A DNA stretch of 64,000 nt from Bacilli bacterium. GTDB lineage: Bacteria; Bacillota_I; Bacilli_A; RFN20; UBA1709. How positions within the stretch are numbered: the first letter of the stretch is position 1; the number at the start of each line of letters is the position of its first letter. The stretch is from positions 672,001 to 736,000 of the forward strand of contig JBMNFL010000001.1 of NCBI GenBank assembly GCA_050949315.1, read 5' to 3'. The translations under genes and the position numbers were made by a program. The notes beneath the pieces were generated by a model. It saw only the letters and a program-made list of their open reading frames with translations. It was not told where the DNA came from and did no database searches. Of this stretch, positions 49,097 to 58,513 are shown piece by piece.

Positions 49097-50971
49097 TTAA
49101 AAACGAATTCTTAAAGCATTAAAAACTGCTAAGAGACAAAGACCAACATCGGCAAGTACTGCGCCCCAAATCGGTAAAAAACCAAGGACTCCAAGCGTCA
49201 AGGCTAAGGTCTTAATCACAATGATCCCAATAATGTTCTCTTTGATTATTTTTATGGTTTTTTTCGCTACTTTTTTTGATTCTACAAGCGAAAATAAATC
49301 GTCACTCATAACAACGGCATCACTAGCTTCAATGGTTGCTTCGCTACCTAATTTTCCCATCGCTATTCCTACTGAACTTTTAGTGATTACTGGAGCATCA
49401 TTAATGCCATCTCCAACAAAAGTTACTATCTTTTCTTGTTTTAAATATTCATCAATAATTTGTACTTTTTCTAGGGGTAAAAGATTACTATAAAAAGTAT
49501 CTGCTTCTAATTGTTTAGCGCTTTGTCCAACACTTAACTTGTTATCTCCTGAAAGCATTACAACTTCAATTCCTAAATTTTTAAATGCGTCAATGGTGCG
49601 TTTAGCACTATCTCTTAAGACGTCCGTTATTACTATATAACCCAAATACTCTCCTTTATAGGAAACATGAACGGCTGTGCCTTCTTCTTTTTCTTGAATG
49701 TCTTCACTAACGAACTCGGCTTTTCCTACTTTTATTTCATGTCCTTGATAATACGCACTAACACCTTGTCCGGGAATTTCTTGATAACTATCAAGTTTAG
49801 CATTTACTTCCTTACCGTATTTTTTAACTATTGCTCTAGCTATAGGGTGATTAGAAAAAGACTCTACCAGAGCGGCTTTTTCCAAAATGTTCTCTTCATT
49901 ATCACCAACTATTTTAGAAACTAAAAAATCTCCTTGGGTCAAGGTTCCAGTTTTATCAAAGATAATAGTGTCAGTTTTACTAAAAAGTTCCAAATAATTG
50001 CTGCCCTTAAACAGAACACCTTTTTTAGCAGAGCTTGCTATCCCCACAAAAAAACTTAAAGGTATTGATATAACTAAAGCACAAGGACAAGCAACCACCA
50101 AAAAAGTCAAGGCGCGATAAAGCCAAAAAGAAAAATCTTGACCAAACAACAAAGGGAAAAAGGCTATTATAATTGCTAATCCAACAACTATAGGTGTATA
50201 GATCTTAGCGAATTTAGTAATAAATTTTTCGCTAGTTGCTTTACCTTTCATCGCTTCTTTTACATATTTTAAAATTTGACTGGCTGTGGAATCTTCAGCG
50301 CTTTTTTTAACTTTAATTTTCAAAATACCCGACATGTTTATTGATCCCGATAAAACTTGATCGCCACTACTTACTCTTTTTGGCAAACTTTCTCCATTTA
50401 AAAAGGATAAGTTAAGATTGCTTTCTCCATCAATAATCACTCCATCTACTGGTATTTGCTCTCCTGGGCGAATTATGAGGGTATCATCTTTTTTAATTTC
50501 CTTAACCCCAACATCAATAACTTGGTTATCAACTAACAAATGCGTGGTGGTGATTTTTAGACTCAAAAGTTTATTAATTGATTGATAACCCTTATCAACA
50601 GCATGGTTCTGAATAAATTCACCAATTTGATAAAGCAAAATAACTAGAACCGCTTCTCGATATTCTTGAATTAAAAAAGCGCAAACAGAAGCGATAGTCA
50701 TTAAAAATTTCTCATCTAAATTTTTGTTTCTAAAAACATTAGTTAAACCATCTATAATGATGTCATACGCTATTATTAAATAAGATATTAAATATATGTA
50801 TAATGAGGGAAAAGATGAGAAAGGATTAAAAAGAGCTAGCACAAAAAATAATAAGGCTAGCACTATTCGAATGATAATAGTCTTTTTGTTCTTTCCTTGA
50901 TGGCTGTGTCCCCCTGAACAAGCACAGCATTTTTGCTCTTCCCCGTGCTTGTGATGACAAGCTACTCGCAT
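49097..50971 (-). CDS. cadA: Zn/Cd-translocating P1B-type ATPase
   Basis: NGES (TGES variant), ACPCAL, DKTGT, SNHP, GDGIND, ADVG. Confidence 0.9.
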   Translation of the reverse strand: MRVACHHKHGEEQKCCACSGGHSHQGKNKKTIIIRIVLALLFFVLALFNPFSSFPSLYIYLISYLIIAYDIIIDGLTNVFRNKNLDEKFLMTIASVCAFLIQEYREAVLVILLYQIGEFIQNHAVDKGYQSINKLLSLKITTTHLLVDNQVIDVGVKEIKKDDTLIIRPGEQIPVDGVIIDGESNLNLSFLNGESLPKRVSSGDQVLSGSINMSGILKIKVKKSAEDSTASQILKYVKEAMKGKATSEKFITKFAKIYTPIVVGLAIIIAFFPLLFGQDFSFWLYRALTFLVVACPCALVISIPLSFFVGIASSAKKGVLFKGSNYLELFSKTDTIIFDKTGTLTQGDFLVSKIVGDNEENILEKAALVESFSNHPIARAIVKKYGKEVNAKLDSYQEIPGQGVSAYYQGHEIKVGKAEFVSEDIQEKEEGTAVHVSYKGEYLGYIVITDVLRDSAKRTIDAFKNLGIEVVMLSGDNKLSVGQSAKQLEADTFYSNLLPLEKVQIIDEYLKQEKIVTFVGDGINDAPVITKSSVGIAMGKLGSEATIEASDAVVMSDDLFSLVESKKVAKKTIKIIKENIIGIIVIKTLALTLGVLGFLPIWGAVLADVGLCLLAVFNALRIRF

Positions 50972-51309
50972 ACGTGTTCTAAACCTTGTTGTATGATAGT
51001 TACAACATGCTTATCCGCTAAAGAATAAAAAACTTCTTTGCCTTTTTTTCTTGCCTTAACAAGTTTGGCCTGTCTTAAAATCTTTAATTGATGCGAGATG
51101 GCTGATTGAGTAACACCAATTAAACTAGTAATGTCACAAACACACAGCTCGTGTTCAAATAAAGAAAGCATTATTTTGGCGCGTGTTGAATCACCAAAAT
51201 TTTTAAACAATTCTGCTAAATCATAAATTTGCTCGTCTGGTGGCAGCTTTGATTTTACTAAATCTAAAACTTGATTATGTACAACATTAACTTCACATTT
51301 TGTTATCAT
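50962..51309 (-). CDS. ArsR/SmtB family metal-responsive repressor
   Basis: ELFKNFGDSTR, ELCVCD, QSAISHQL, YSLADKHV. Confidence 0.92.
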   Translation of the reverse strand: MITKCEVNVVHNQVLDLVKSKLPPDEQIYDLAELFKNFGDSTRAKIMLSLFEHELCVCDITSLIGVTQSAISHQLKILRQAKLVKARKKGKEVFYSLADKHVVTIIQQGLEHVCE

Positions 51310-51324
51310 TTTATCTCTCCTTTA

Positions 51325-51350
51325 AACAAATGAGCATTTATTCATGTGTT
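51325..51350. promoter_or_regulatory. ArsR/SmtB 12-2-12 operator
   Basis: AACAAATGAGCA-TT-TATTCATGTGTT imperfect inverted repeat with ATGA...TCAT core, just upstream of the repressor RBS. Confidence 0.75.
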
Positions 51351-51389
51351 GTACATAATTATATCTCTATCTTTTAAATTGTCAATATA

Positions 51390-52910
51390 TTAAATTAACT
51401 TTTTTAAACCTTCTTTAGTCAATTCATAAATGGTATCGGCAACTTCTTCAATATATTTACGATCATGGCTAACCGAAATGATAGCGCCACGATAATTTTT
51501 TAATATTTTTCTAATAATAGGATTTGATAAGGGAGATAAATTTCTCGTCGGTTCATCTAAAACTAAAACATTCGCTTGTGAAAGCACTAAAGCAATAAGC
51601 GCTAATTTTGCCCGCTGACCGCCACTTAAATTAGCAATTTTGCTGTCCATCTCCTCTTTTAAAAATTTACATGCCCCTAAATATTGGTGAATTTTAGTGA
51701 TGGTTTCTTTTTCTTGACCCATCATGGCACTTAAATACTGTGTTGGCGTATAATTTTCAGCCAAAAGTTCATTGTAATTTTGAGGCATGTAAGCCACTAT
51801 AATCCCTGGGGTATAACTGAGTACCTTCAATAATTTATAAATTAATGTTGTTTTCCCAACACCGTTGTCACCAATAATAACAACCTTTTCTGGACCATAT
51901 AAACTGAATTCTACATTTTCACATAATTCTCTTTCGCCAATAGACATGCCTATACTTACAAATTCTATTACCCGCTTTTTAGGTGGAATTTTTTCAACAG
52001 GATCAAAAAAGATGTTAATCGCTTCTTCGCTTTCAATCTTCTCTGTTGGCTTATTCTTTTCCAATCTTTTTTCCTGGGCTTTAATATTACGCATTTTCTT
52101 AGCTAGTAGACGCCCAACGGTTGGTGAACGAACCGCCTGATTTAATTCAAATTCAACTCTACTATGAAGTCTTCTTAAAATCTCTTGTTTTTTCTGCCTT
52201 TCTTTTTGCTCTTTGGCCGATAATTTATTTTGCCTATCAATATACAAAGAGCGTTTTTCTAAATACTGACGATAGGTGCAGGAAGCAAATACTGTTTTTG
52301 CTTTTTGCTTTCTTTTTAGTTGCTCTAAATGAATGATGGCGTTGGCTGTATTTTCTAATAAAGTTTCATCATGCGACACGAAAATAACGCCACCTTTAAA
52401 ATCTTTAATAAACTCTTCTAACCAGATTAAAGTTCTTAAATCTAAATCGTTAGTTGGTTCATCTAAAATTATTAGACTTGGTTCTTGCAAAAGAAGTTTA
52501 ATTATCTGGACTTTTATTTTTTCCCCACCACTTAAAAGACCAATTTGTTGATTGATCTCTAATGGTTCTTTAGCCAAATTAAAATAAGACCATAAATAAT
52601 AAAAATCAGCGAATTTATCGTTACAAATTTTGCTTTGTTCAAAAAAACCTTTGATACTTAATTTTTCTTCTTCTTTATTTAAAAATTGTTTTAAATAGCC
52701 GATTCTTTCGCCCTTGTTTTCAATTTCTCCTTCAAAGGACAAGTAATCATCTACTTTTTCGCCGGCCAAAATTTTTAGAAGACTACTTTTCCCATTACCC
52801 TCTTCTCCAATAACAGCAATGCGATCGCCTTCATTAAGAACAAACGACAGATTCTCAACAAGGGTTTTGCCATTTAATTTTTGAATTTTTAAATTGCTTA
52901 CTCTTAACAT
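51390..52910 (-). CDS. ABC-F family ATPase
   Basis: Two NBDs (GEEGNGKS/LSGGE/LDEPTNDLD; GDNGVGKT/LSGGQ/LDEPTRNL), no TMs, charged linker. Confidence 0.9.
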   Translation of the reverse strand: MLRVSNLKIQKLNGKTLVENLSFVLNEGDRIAVIGEEGNGKSSLLKILAGEKVDDYLSFEGEIENKGERIGYLKQFLNKEEEKLSIKGFFEQSKICNDKFADFYYLWSYFNLAKEPLEINQQIGLLSGGEKIKVQIIKLLLQEPSLIILDEPTNDLDLRTLIWLEEFIKDFKGGVIFVSHDETLLENTANAIIHLEQLKRKQKAKTVFASCTYRQYLEKRSLYIDRQNKLSAKEQKERQKKQEILRRLHSRVEFELNQAVRSPTVGRLLAKKMRNIKAQEKRLEKNKPTEKIESEEAINIFFDPVEKIPPKKRVIEFVSIGMSIGERELCENVEFSLYGPEKVVIIGDNGVGKTTLIYKLLKVLSYTPGIIVAYMPQNYNELLAENYTPTQYLSAMMGQEKETITKIHQYLGACKFLKEEMDSKIANLSGGQRAKLALIALVLSQANVLVLDEPTRNLSPLSNPIIRKILKNYRGAIISVSHDRKYIEEVADTIYELTKEGLKKLI

Positions 52911-52921
52911 TTCTTTTCCTC

Positions 52922-53395
52922 TTATTTATGGTATTTTTCGTTATTGATAATTTTAAAACTACGATAAAGTTGTTCTAAGAGTATTACCCGAAATAATTGA
53001 TGAGGGAAAGTTAAATTAGAAAAACTCATTATTAAATCAGCGCGTTGTTTAACTGCTTGACTGACACCATAAGAACCTCCAACAATAAAAACAATAGTGG
53101 AAGTTTTAATAAAGATTTGTTCAATTTGTTTAGCCAGCTCTAAAGAATTTAATTTTTGTCCTTCTAAATCTAATAAAACTACTTGTTCATTGGCCTTGAT
53201 TTTTTTAAGTATTCTTTGCCCTTCTTCGTCCTTGGCTTTTTCAAGATAAGCTCCTGTTTCGCTAGAAACTTTTGCTTCATCAATTTCAATTATTTGAACT
53301 TTTGTATATTTTGAAAGACGCAAAGCATATTCGTTGCTAGCTTCTTTCCAATATTTTTCCTTTAAATTACCAACGGCTATGATTTTTATTTCCAT
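52922..53395 (-). CDS. rlmH: 23S rRNA (pseudouridine1915-N3)-methyltransferase
   Basis: VGNLKEKY, GGSYG, TFPHQL, EQLYR, YHK end. Confidence 0.95.
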   Translation of the reverse strand: MEIKIIAVGNLKEKYWKEASNEYALRLSKYTKVQIIEIDEAKVSSETGAYLEKAKDEEGQRILKKIKANEQVVLLDLEGQKLNSLELAKQIEQIFIKTSTIVFIVGGSYGVSQAVKQRADLIMSFSNLTFPHQLFRVILLEQLYRSFKIINNEKYHK

Positions 53396-54693
53396 AATGA
53401 GGCCGTCACTAAATTATAAGTTTTTGTGATCCCATTAGCATCTTTGGTTGTAATAATTAAAGTATCGCTTAACTCTATTTGATACAACAAAGAACTCAGG
53501 GAAGCTAAATTAATGATTTCGTGCTCTATTCCATTAATATTTAGTTTAATAATAACCTCTGCCGATTTCATCCCTGCTTCTTCTGCAGCTCCGCCACTTG
53601 CGACGCCATCTTGAGAAGCGATGCCATGCAACTCTGAAACAATATATAATCCCCGAGTGACTCCGTATGTGGCACTCCACTCATAATTTAATAAAGAATC
53701 AAAATTTGTAACCGTTACTCCAACTACTGGTTTTTTATAAGAGCCCTTTTCAATAATTTCTTGACTGACATTTTTTACAATATTGCCTTCAATAGCAAAA
53801 GAAAGAGATTCATACTTACCTTCACTTTCACTATAACGGTAGGCGTTCATACCGATAACTTCACCAGCAGCATTCAAAACTGGTCCTCCCTCCATTCCGC
53901 CATTAATCGGCGCATCAAATTGGAAAGACGGCAAACTTAAAAAATCAGCACTATAAGTCGTTCCATTGTAAGTTGATTGATATTTAACTGATGATAAACG
54001 ATTTTGACCAGAAACATAGCCAGAAACATAGGTGTTAAACAAAGTCCCCGATCCCAATACTGGTGTTCCAATTGAAGAGACAGGATCCCCAATTGATAAA
54101 GTTTGTGAGTCCCCCCAGGTTAAAACCTCATAATCACAGGGTGAATCAAATTTAAAAACCGCGACATCAATATCATCATTAAAACCAACTAAAAGGCCCA
54201 TGTATCGATTACCATCGGCCATAATAAATTCAAAATCGCCCTCACGAACCACCGTTGTGTCTTTTTCAATATCAAAGCCCATCGGTGAAATGGATTTAAT
54301 ATAACGATAAAAAATGCCAGAGGCGCTAGTTGTGACATAATAGGTATAGGTTTCACTATCTTTTGCCTCTTTATCAATAATAAAACCTGAGGTCATCATT
54401 AAATATTCCTGATTACTAACAGTATAACAAGCTGAAATAATTATGGTGGATTCTGACACTTGGTTGTAAACAGTCTTGCTACGTCTGCTCATTCTTGCAA
54501 ACGAAGAAACCGAGGTTGTTGCCCCTTGTGTAACCGAGGCCACATCGCAAATCGTAACCGTTCCATCACTGTTTTGGGTAGTTGTGCTGCCCGAAGACGA
54601 AGTATAACTACCAAAGAAAGAATTACAGCCTGTAAAAATTAATAACCCAAGACTGATGAATAATAATTTTAAAACTTTTCGATGTTTTTTCAT
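53386..54693 (-). CDS. HtrA/S1C-like lipoprotein with degenerate catalytic triad (pseudo-protease)
   Basis: Lipobox FTGC; SGFII, DVAVF, IGTP, QFDAPINGGMEGGPVLN, FAI and a PDZ-like C-terminus; catalytic His and Ser are absent. Confidence 0.8.
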   Translation of the reverse strand: MKKHRKVLKLLFISLGLLIFTGCNSFFGSYTSSSGSTTTQNSDGTVTICDVASVTQGATTSVSSFARMSRRSKTVYNQVSESTIIISACYTVSNQEYLMMTSGFIIDKEAKDSETYTYYVTTSASGIFYRYIKSISPMGFDIEKDTTVVREGDFEFIMADGNRYMGLLVGFNDDIDVAVFKFDSPCDYEVLTWGDSQTLSIGDPVSSIGTPVLGSGTLFNTYVSGYVSGQNRLSSVKYQSTYNGTTYSADFLSLPSFQFDAPINGGMEGGPVLNAAGEVIGMNAYRYSESEGKYESLSFAIEGNIVKNVSQEIIEKGSYKKPVVGVTVTNFDSLLNYEWSATYGVTRGLYIVSELHGIASQDGVASGGAAEEAGMKSAEVIIKLNINGIEHEIINLASLSSLLYQIELSDTLIITTKDANGITKTYNLVTASLWK

Positions 54694-54698
54694 TTTAT

Positions 54699-55847
54699 CT
54701 ACCCCCGATATTTTATAAGATTGACATTCTTTTCAATCTCGCTATAACCATTGTTATATTCTAATATTTTAAGTTTAACGCTTTCATTTGGTTGACATTC
54801 ATAAAGCACGCGGCGTAAGTCAACTGTTGATTTTACTGGATAACCTTTTATTTCTTTAATAATTGAGTAATCATTGCAACCCAAGACTGAATCGCTGCTT
54901 TGGCTAATAACAAGCACACCCTGATTTGTGGTAATACCATATTTTTGACGCAAAGCATAATTGGTCAAGGCAACTGATTGGTAACGATTATTTGAACTTA
55001 AATCTGCTGGTTCAAAAACGCCGTTTTTCACGTTTTCTACAAAACTATTACGAATCTTTTCGGCCACTAAATACATGTCGTGAATTGGCAAAGCAAAATT
55101 TAGCCCCTCTGTATCATTGTTGTCCCCTGAGGAAAAATATAATTTCAGAGTATTAACTCCAATTACTTCCCCCGCCGCATTAAACAGCGGTCCGCCAGAG
55201 TTGCCTGAATTAATAGCTAAATCTATTTGAATCCCATGTTTTTCTTTTTGGATGCTTTCAACTGCCTCATTACCGATTACTCGATTGATCCCCGCAACCA
55301 CACCAACTGATAGGCTGTTATAAAATTGCGTTTGTCCTGGTGTTCCAACAGCAAAAGTTGCTTCTCCAACCTCTGGGTTAGCAAATAGACTTCGCTCTCC
55401 TAAATTTAAAACCTTGACCCCTGCTGGTGTTCTGCTTTTTTCAACTCTAAGAACCGCTACATCTTGATTGGCGTTTTGACCTAAAACCTTGACTTGAACT
55501 AAAGCTCGATTATAAAAAACAACACGTACTGCAACACTTTTATCTATTACATGCTGGTTGGTTATCAAATAATAATAGCTCTCATCTTCGTGATAAATAA
55601 AACCGCTACCAGAACTTGTTAAAACCTCCACACCATTGTAAATGGTATAGTTATAGACAACAACTGTTCCTTTCAACACATCCTGGTAAACATCTCGATA
55701 GGAAGAAGTTAATTGTTGAAGCGCTAAATCCTGACTTTCTTTTTTTGGCACTTCTTGGGCATCTTTCTTTCTAGAACAGGCTAAAAAAGAGCAAGTTAAA
55801 AGAGAGATTAAAACGAGAACCCAAAAGTTTTTTTTCATTTTATTCAT
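54699..55847 (-). CDS. htrA: HtrA-family serine protease lipoprotein
   Basis: Lipobox FLAC; GSGF, TNQHVI, DVAVL, INSGNSGGPL, FALP. Confidence 0.9.
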   Translation of the reverse strand: MNKMKKNFWVLVLISLLTCSFLACSRKKDAQEVPKKESQDLALQQLTSSYRDVYQDVLKGTVVVYNYTIYNGVEVLTSSGSGFIYHEDESYYYLITNQHVIDKSVAVRVVFYNRALVQVKVLGQNANQDVAVLRVEKSRTPAGVKVLNLGERSLFANPEVGEATFAVGTPGQTQFYNSLSVGVVAGINRVIGNEAVESIQKEKHGIQIDLAINSGNSGGPLFNAAGEVIGVNTLKLYFSSGDNNDTEGLNFALPIHDMYLVAEKIRNSFVENVKNGVFEPADLSSNNRYQSVALTNYALRQKYGITTNQGVLVISQSSDSVLGCNDYSIIKEIKGYPVKSTVDLRRVLYECQPNESVKLKILEYNNGYSEIEKNVNLIKYRG

Positions 55848-56592
55848 CAAAACTTCCTCCTTTTGTTATGTCATAGCGTTTTGCCACTTGAAGTTTTATT
55901 TTTTTAAGATCAAAGCCCTTATCAATAAGAATTTTAGAAACCGTTTTTACTGCTTTTTGAGGGGTATTTGCATCCTCGCTCAAATGAGATAAAGTAATAC
56001 TTTTTGTTAAATCACCGATTACTAGACTCAACATCTCGCCACAATCTTCATTTGATAGATGCCCTGAATCCGATAAAATTCGCCGTTTTAAATAAAAACT
56101 ACGATCTGTTCTCAAAAGCATTTCCACATCATGGTTGCTTTCAAAAATATAATGGGTGGCATTAACTAAAAAGGGCTGCACCTTACTACTAATATAACCG
56201 GTATCGGTTAAATAGACCAAACTTTCCTCCCCGTCATCAAAAACATAGCCAACTCCATTTTGTACATCATGAGATATGGGAATAGGGAAAATTTTAATTC
56301 CCTTAAACTCTAACATTCTAAAAGGCTCAACAAAATTACATCGCCGTGGATATAGTGTTTCCTTTGTCGCATAAACCTTTTCTAAATCTACATGTTTTAT
56401 AGCTTTAATATGATCTGAATGCTCGTGTGTAATAAAAATCGCATCGATATCATCAAGCTTATAGCCTAGGGTTTTTAATTTTCTTCTTAACTCAAGAATT
56501 CCTAAACCAACATCCACTAAAATTGTTGCTTGTTTGAATTCAATAAGCGTAGCATTACCATAAGATCCACTTGCTAGTAGATAAAAGCGCAC
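55840..56592 (-). CDS. yycJ: YycJ/WalJ-like metallo-beta-lactamase-fold hydrolase
   Basis: LASGSYGN, THEHSDH, SHD, TDTG, ESNHD, GHLSN, HLSEDAN; yycJ-htrA-rlmH synteny. Confidence 0.88.
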   Translation of the reverse strand: MRFYLLASGSYGNATLIEFKQATILVDVGLGILELRRKLKTLGYKLDDIDAIFITHEHSDHIKAIKHVDLEKVYATKETLYPRRCNFVEPFRMLEFKGIKIFPIPISHDVQNGVGYVFDDGEESLVYLTDTGYISSKVQPFLVNATHYIFESNHDVEMLLRTDRSFYLKRRILSDSGHLSNEDCGEMLSLVIGDLTKSITLSHLSEDANTPQKAVKTVSKILIDKGFDLKKIKLQVAKRYDITKGGSFDE

Positions 56593-57956
56593 TATTTGTC
56601 TCCTTCTCTACGTAACGAGTATTGATTGGTTCCTGTAAACCTTGAATGGCTTTTCGAAAAAACAAGATCTATTTTGCCTCGAGCACCTTGGCGGTGTTTA
56701 TCAATAATTAACTCTACCGGTACATTATCATCAGTAACTTCTTCATCGCCTTTTTTATAATAATCTTCACGGTAGATGAACATAACAATATCCGCGTCTT
56801 GTTCAATTGCTCCCGATTCTCTTAAATCTGACAGATTGGGACGAACGCCTATGTTTGACTTTCCCATCCTTTTCTCAACATCCCGCGATAATTGAGCTAA
56901 AGCAATGACTGGAACTTTTAGTTCCCGCGCTAAAGCTTTTAGGCCTCTAGATATTTGGGCAACTTCCTGTTGACGGCTTTCGTTTTTGCCACCAATTGAT
57001 AGTAAATTTAAATAGTCAATGATAATAAGGCAAAGATCATTGCTTGATGTTTTTAATTTACGAGCTTTATCTTGAACATCTAAAAGTTTGAGTCCCGGTG
57101 TGTCATCGATAAAGATTTTTAATTTTGATAAATCTTTAGCTGCTGTCTGGAACTTCAAAAGATCTCTACTATCAAAATTTAAACTTTTAAGTTTGTCGTT
57201 AGCGATTAAACCACAAGCAGCAATCATTCTTTGAATCATATGTTCGGCCGGCATTTCTAAACTGAAAAAGCCCACTGTTTTTCCGGTTTTTTTAGCAGTG
57301 TTATAAGCAAAGTTTAAGGCCAAAGCCGATTTTCCTACCCCTGGCCTTGCCGCCAAAATAATTAAATCTCCTGGTTGCCATCCTTGAATAATGCTGTTTA
57401 AAGCTGGGTAACCCGTGTCCGCACCAGTAATTCCTGAATATGTATTTTTGGATATTTTTTCCGATAATCTGTTAATCACATCTTCTGCGGTTTGAAAGCC
57501 GCCAATATGTCGACTGCGGGTAATAATCAATGTTTCTTGTTCAATTGTGTTCAAATATTCATTAACATCTCCCTTGCTTTTTTGATTAAAATCGTTATAA
57601 GTTTGTTCTAAAAATTTAGCAAAGCGGCGGAGGTTGGTCTTGTCTTTCAAAACATCAATATAATACTGGGTGTTATTAATCACCACGTTTTCCGTAATAT
57701 CAACAAGGGTTGGTACTCCGCCAATTTCCTCTAAACACTTCATGTCATCGAGTTCATTGGTTAATGTCGTTATATCAACCGCGATATTACGATTATAAAT
57801 GTTTTGAATGGCTTTATAAATTTTTTGATATTTAGGATTGTAAAAATCATCGTCATAAAGAGTAGTCACCCCAATAATGACCGCGTCTCCATCCATAATC
57901 ATTGAGCCCAAAACAGCGCGTTCGGCTTGTTCGCTATAAGGATATTCTAATGCCAT
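56592..57956 (-). CDS. dnaB: Replicative DNA helicase
   Basis: AERAVLG, AARPGVGKS, SLEM, IDYL, QLSR, SDLRESGAIEQDAD. Confidence 0.97.
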   Translation of the reverse strand: MALEYPYSEQAERAVLGSMIMDGDAVIIGVTTLYDDDFYNPKYQKIYKAIQNIYNRNIAVDITTLTNELDDMKCLEEIGGVPTLVDITENVVINNTQYYIDVLKDKTNLRRFAKFLEQTYNDFNQKSKGDVNEYLNTIEQETLIITRSRHIGGFQTAEDVINRLSEKISKNTYSGITGADTGYPALNSIIQGWQPGDLIILAARPGVGKSALALNFAYNTAKKTGKTVGFFSLEMPAEHMIQRMIAACGLIANDKLKSLNFDSRDLLKFQTAAKDLSKLKIFIDDTPGLKLLDVQDKARKLKTSSNDLCLIIIDYLNLLSIGGKNESRQQEVAQISRGLKALARELKVPVIALAQLSRDVEKRMGKSNIGVRPNLSDLRESGAIEQDADIVMFIYREDYYKKGDEEVTDDNVPVELIIDKHRQGARGKIDLVFSKSHSRFTGTNQYSLRREGDK

Positions 57957-57968
57957 ACTCTACCACCT

Positions 57969-58418
57969 TTACTCTTTGGCCCGCACATCAACTTTTATTT
58001 TGGCTACAACACCTTTGAATAATTCGTTTTCCAAAACTGTTGTTCCTAAAACTTTGATGCTGTTTTCACCAATAAATTTCTTTTTATCAACATCATAACC
58101 ATGTTGTTTTTTAATTTCATCACAGATTTGTCTGGCGGAAATTGCCCCAAACATCTTTCCTTCCTTCCCGGCTGTCGCATAAATAACAACAGTTGTTTCT
58201 TCTAGTTTGTTTTTTAATTCACCAGCCTCTTGTTTTGCTTGTTTATATCTTTCTTGTTCTTCTTGGTCTTGCTTGTTTTTAATCGCAATCCCTTTAGCCG
58301 AGGCGGGAACCGCCATTTTACGAGCTAGCAAAAAGTTGCGGGCGTAACCATCAGCGACTTTAACAATTTCGCCTTTTTTACCAACATTTTTTACATCCTG
58401 TAATAAGATTACTTCCAT
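57969..58418 (-). CDS. rplI: 50S ribosomal protein L9
   Basis: [31 protein letters not shown]. Confidence 0.97.
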   Translation of the reverse strand: MEVILLQDVKNVGKKGEIVKVADGYARNFLLARKMAVPASAKGIAIKNKQDQEEQERYKQAKQEAGELKNKLEETTVVIYATAGKEGKMFGAISARQICDEIKKQHGYDVDKKKFIGENSIKVLGTTVLENELFKGVVAKIKVDVRAKE

Positions 58419-58513
58419 ACTTTTTTCTCCTTTCTAGCTAGTTAACAAGCGGATTCTTTTATATTTGATTTGTCCTTGTTTTTCGGTACATTATTAAATA
58501 AATGTTTCTTTTA

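Noticed and set aside
51390-52910. Antibiotic-resistance ABC-F call
   Set aside because: The subfamily cannot be assigned by eye, and there is no attenuator leader (gap of about 11 nt after rlmH), so it is left as a generic ABC-F.
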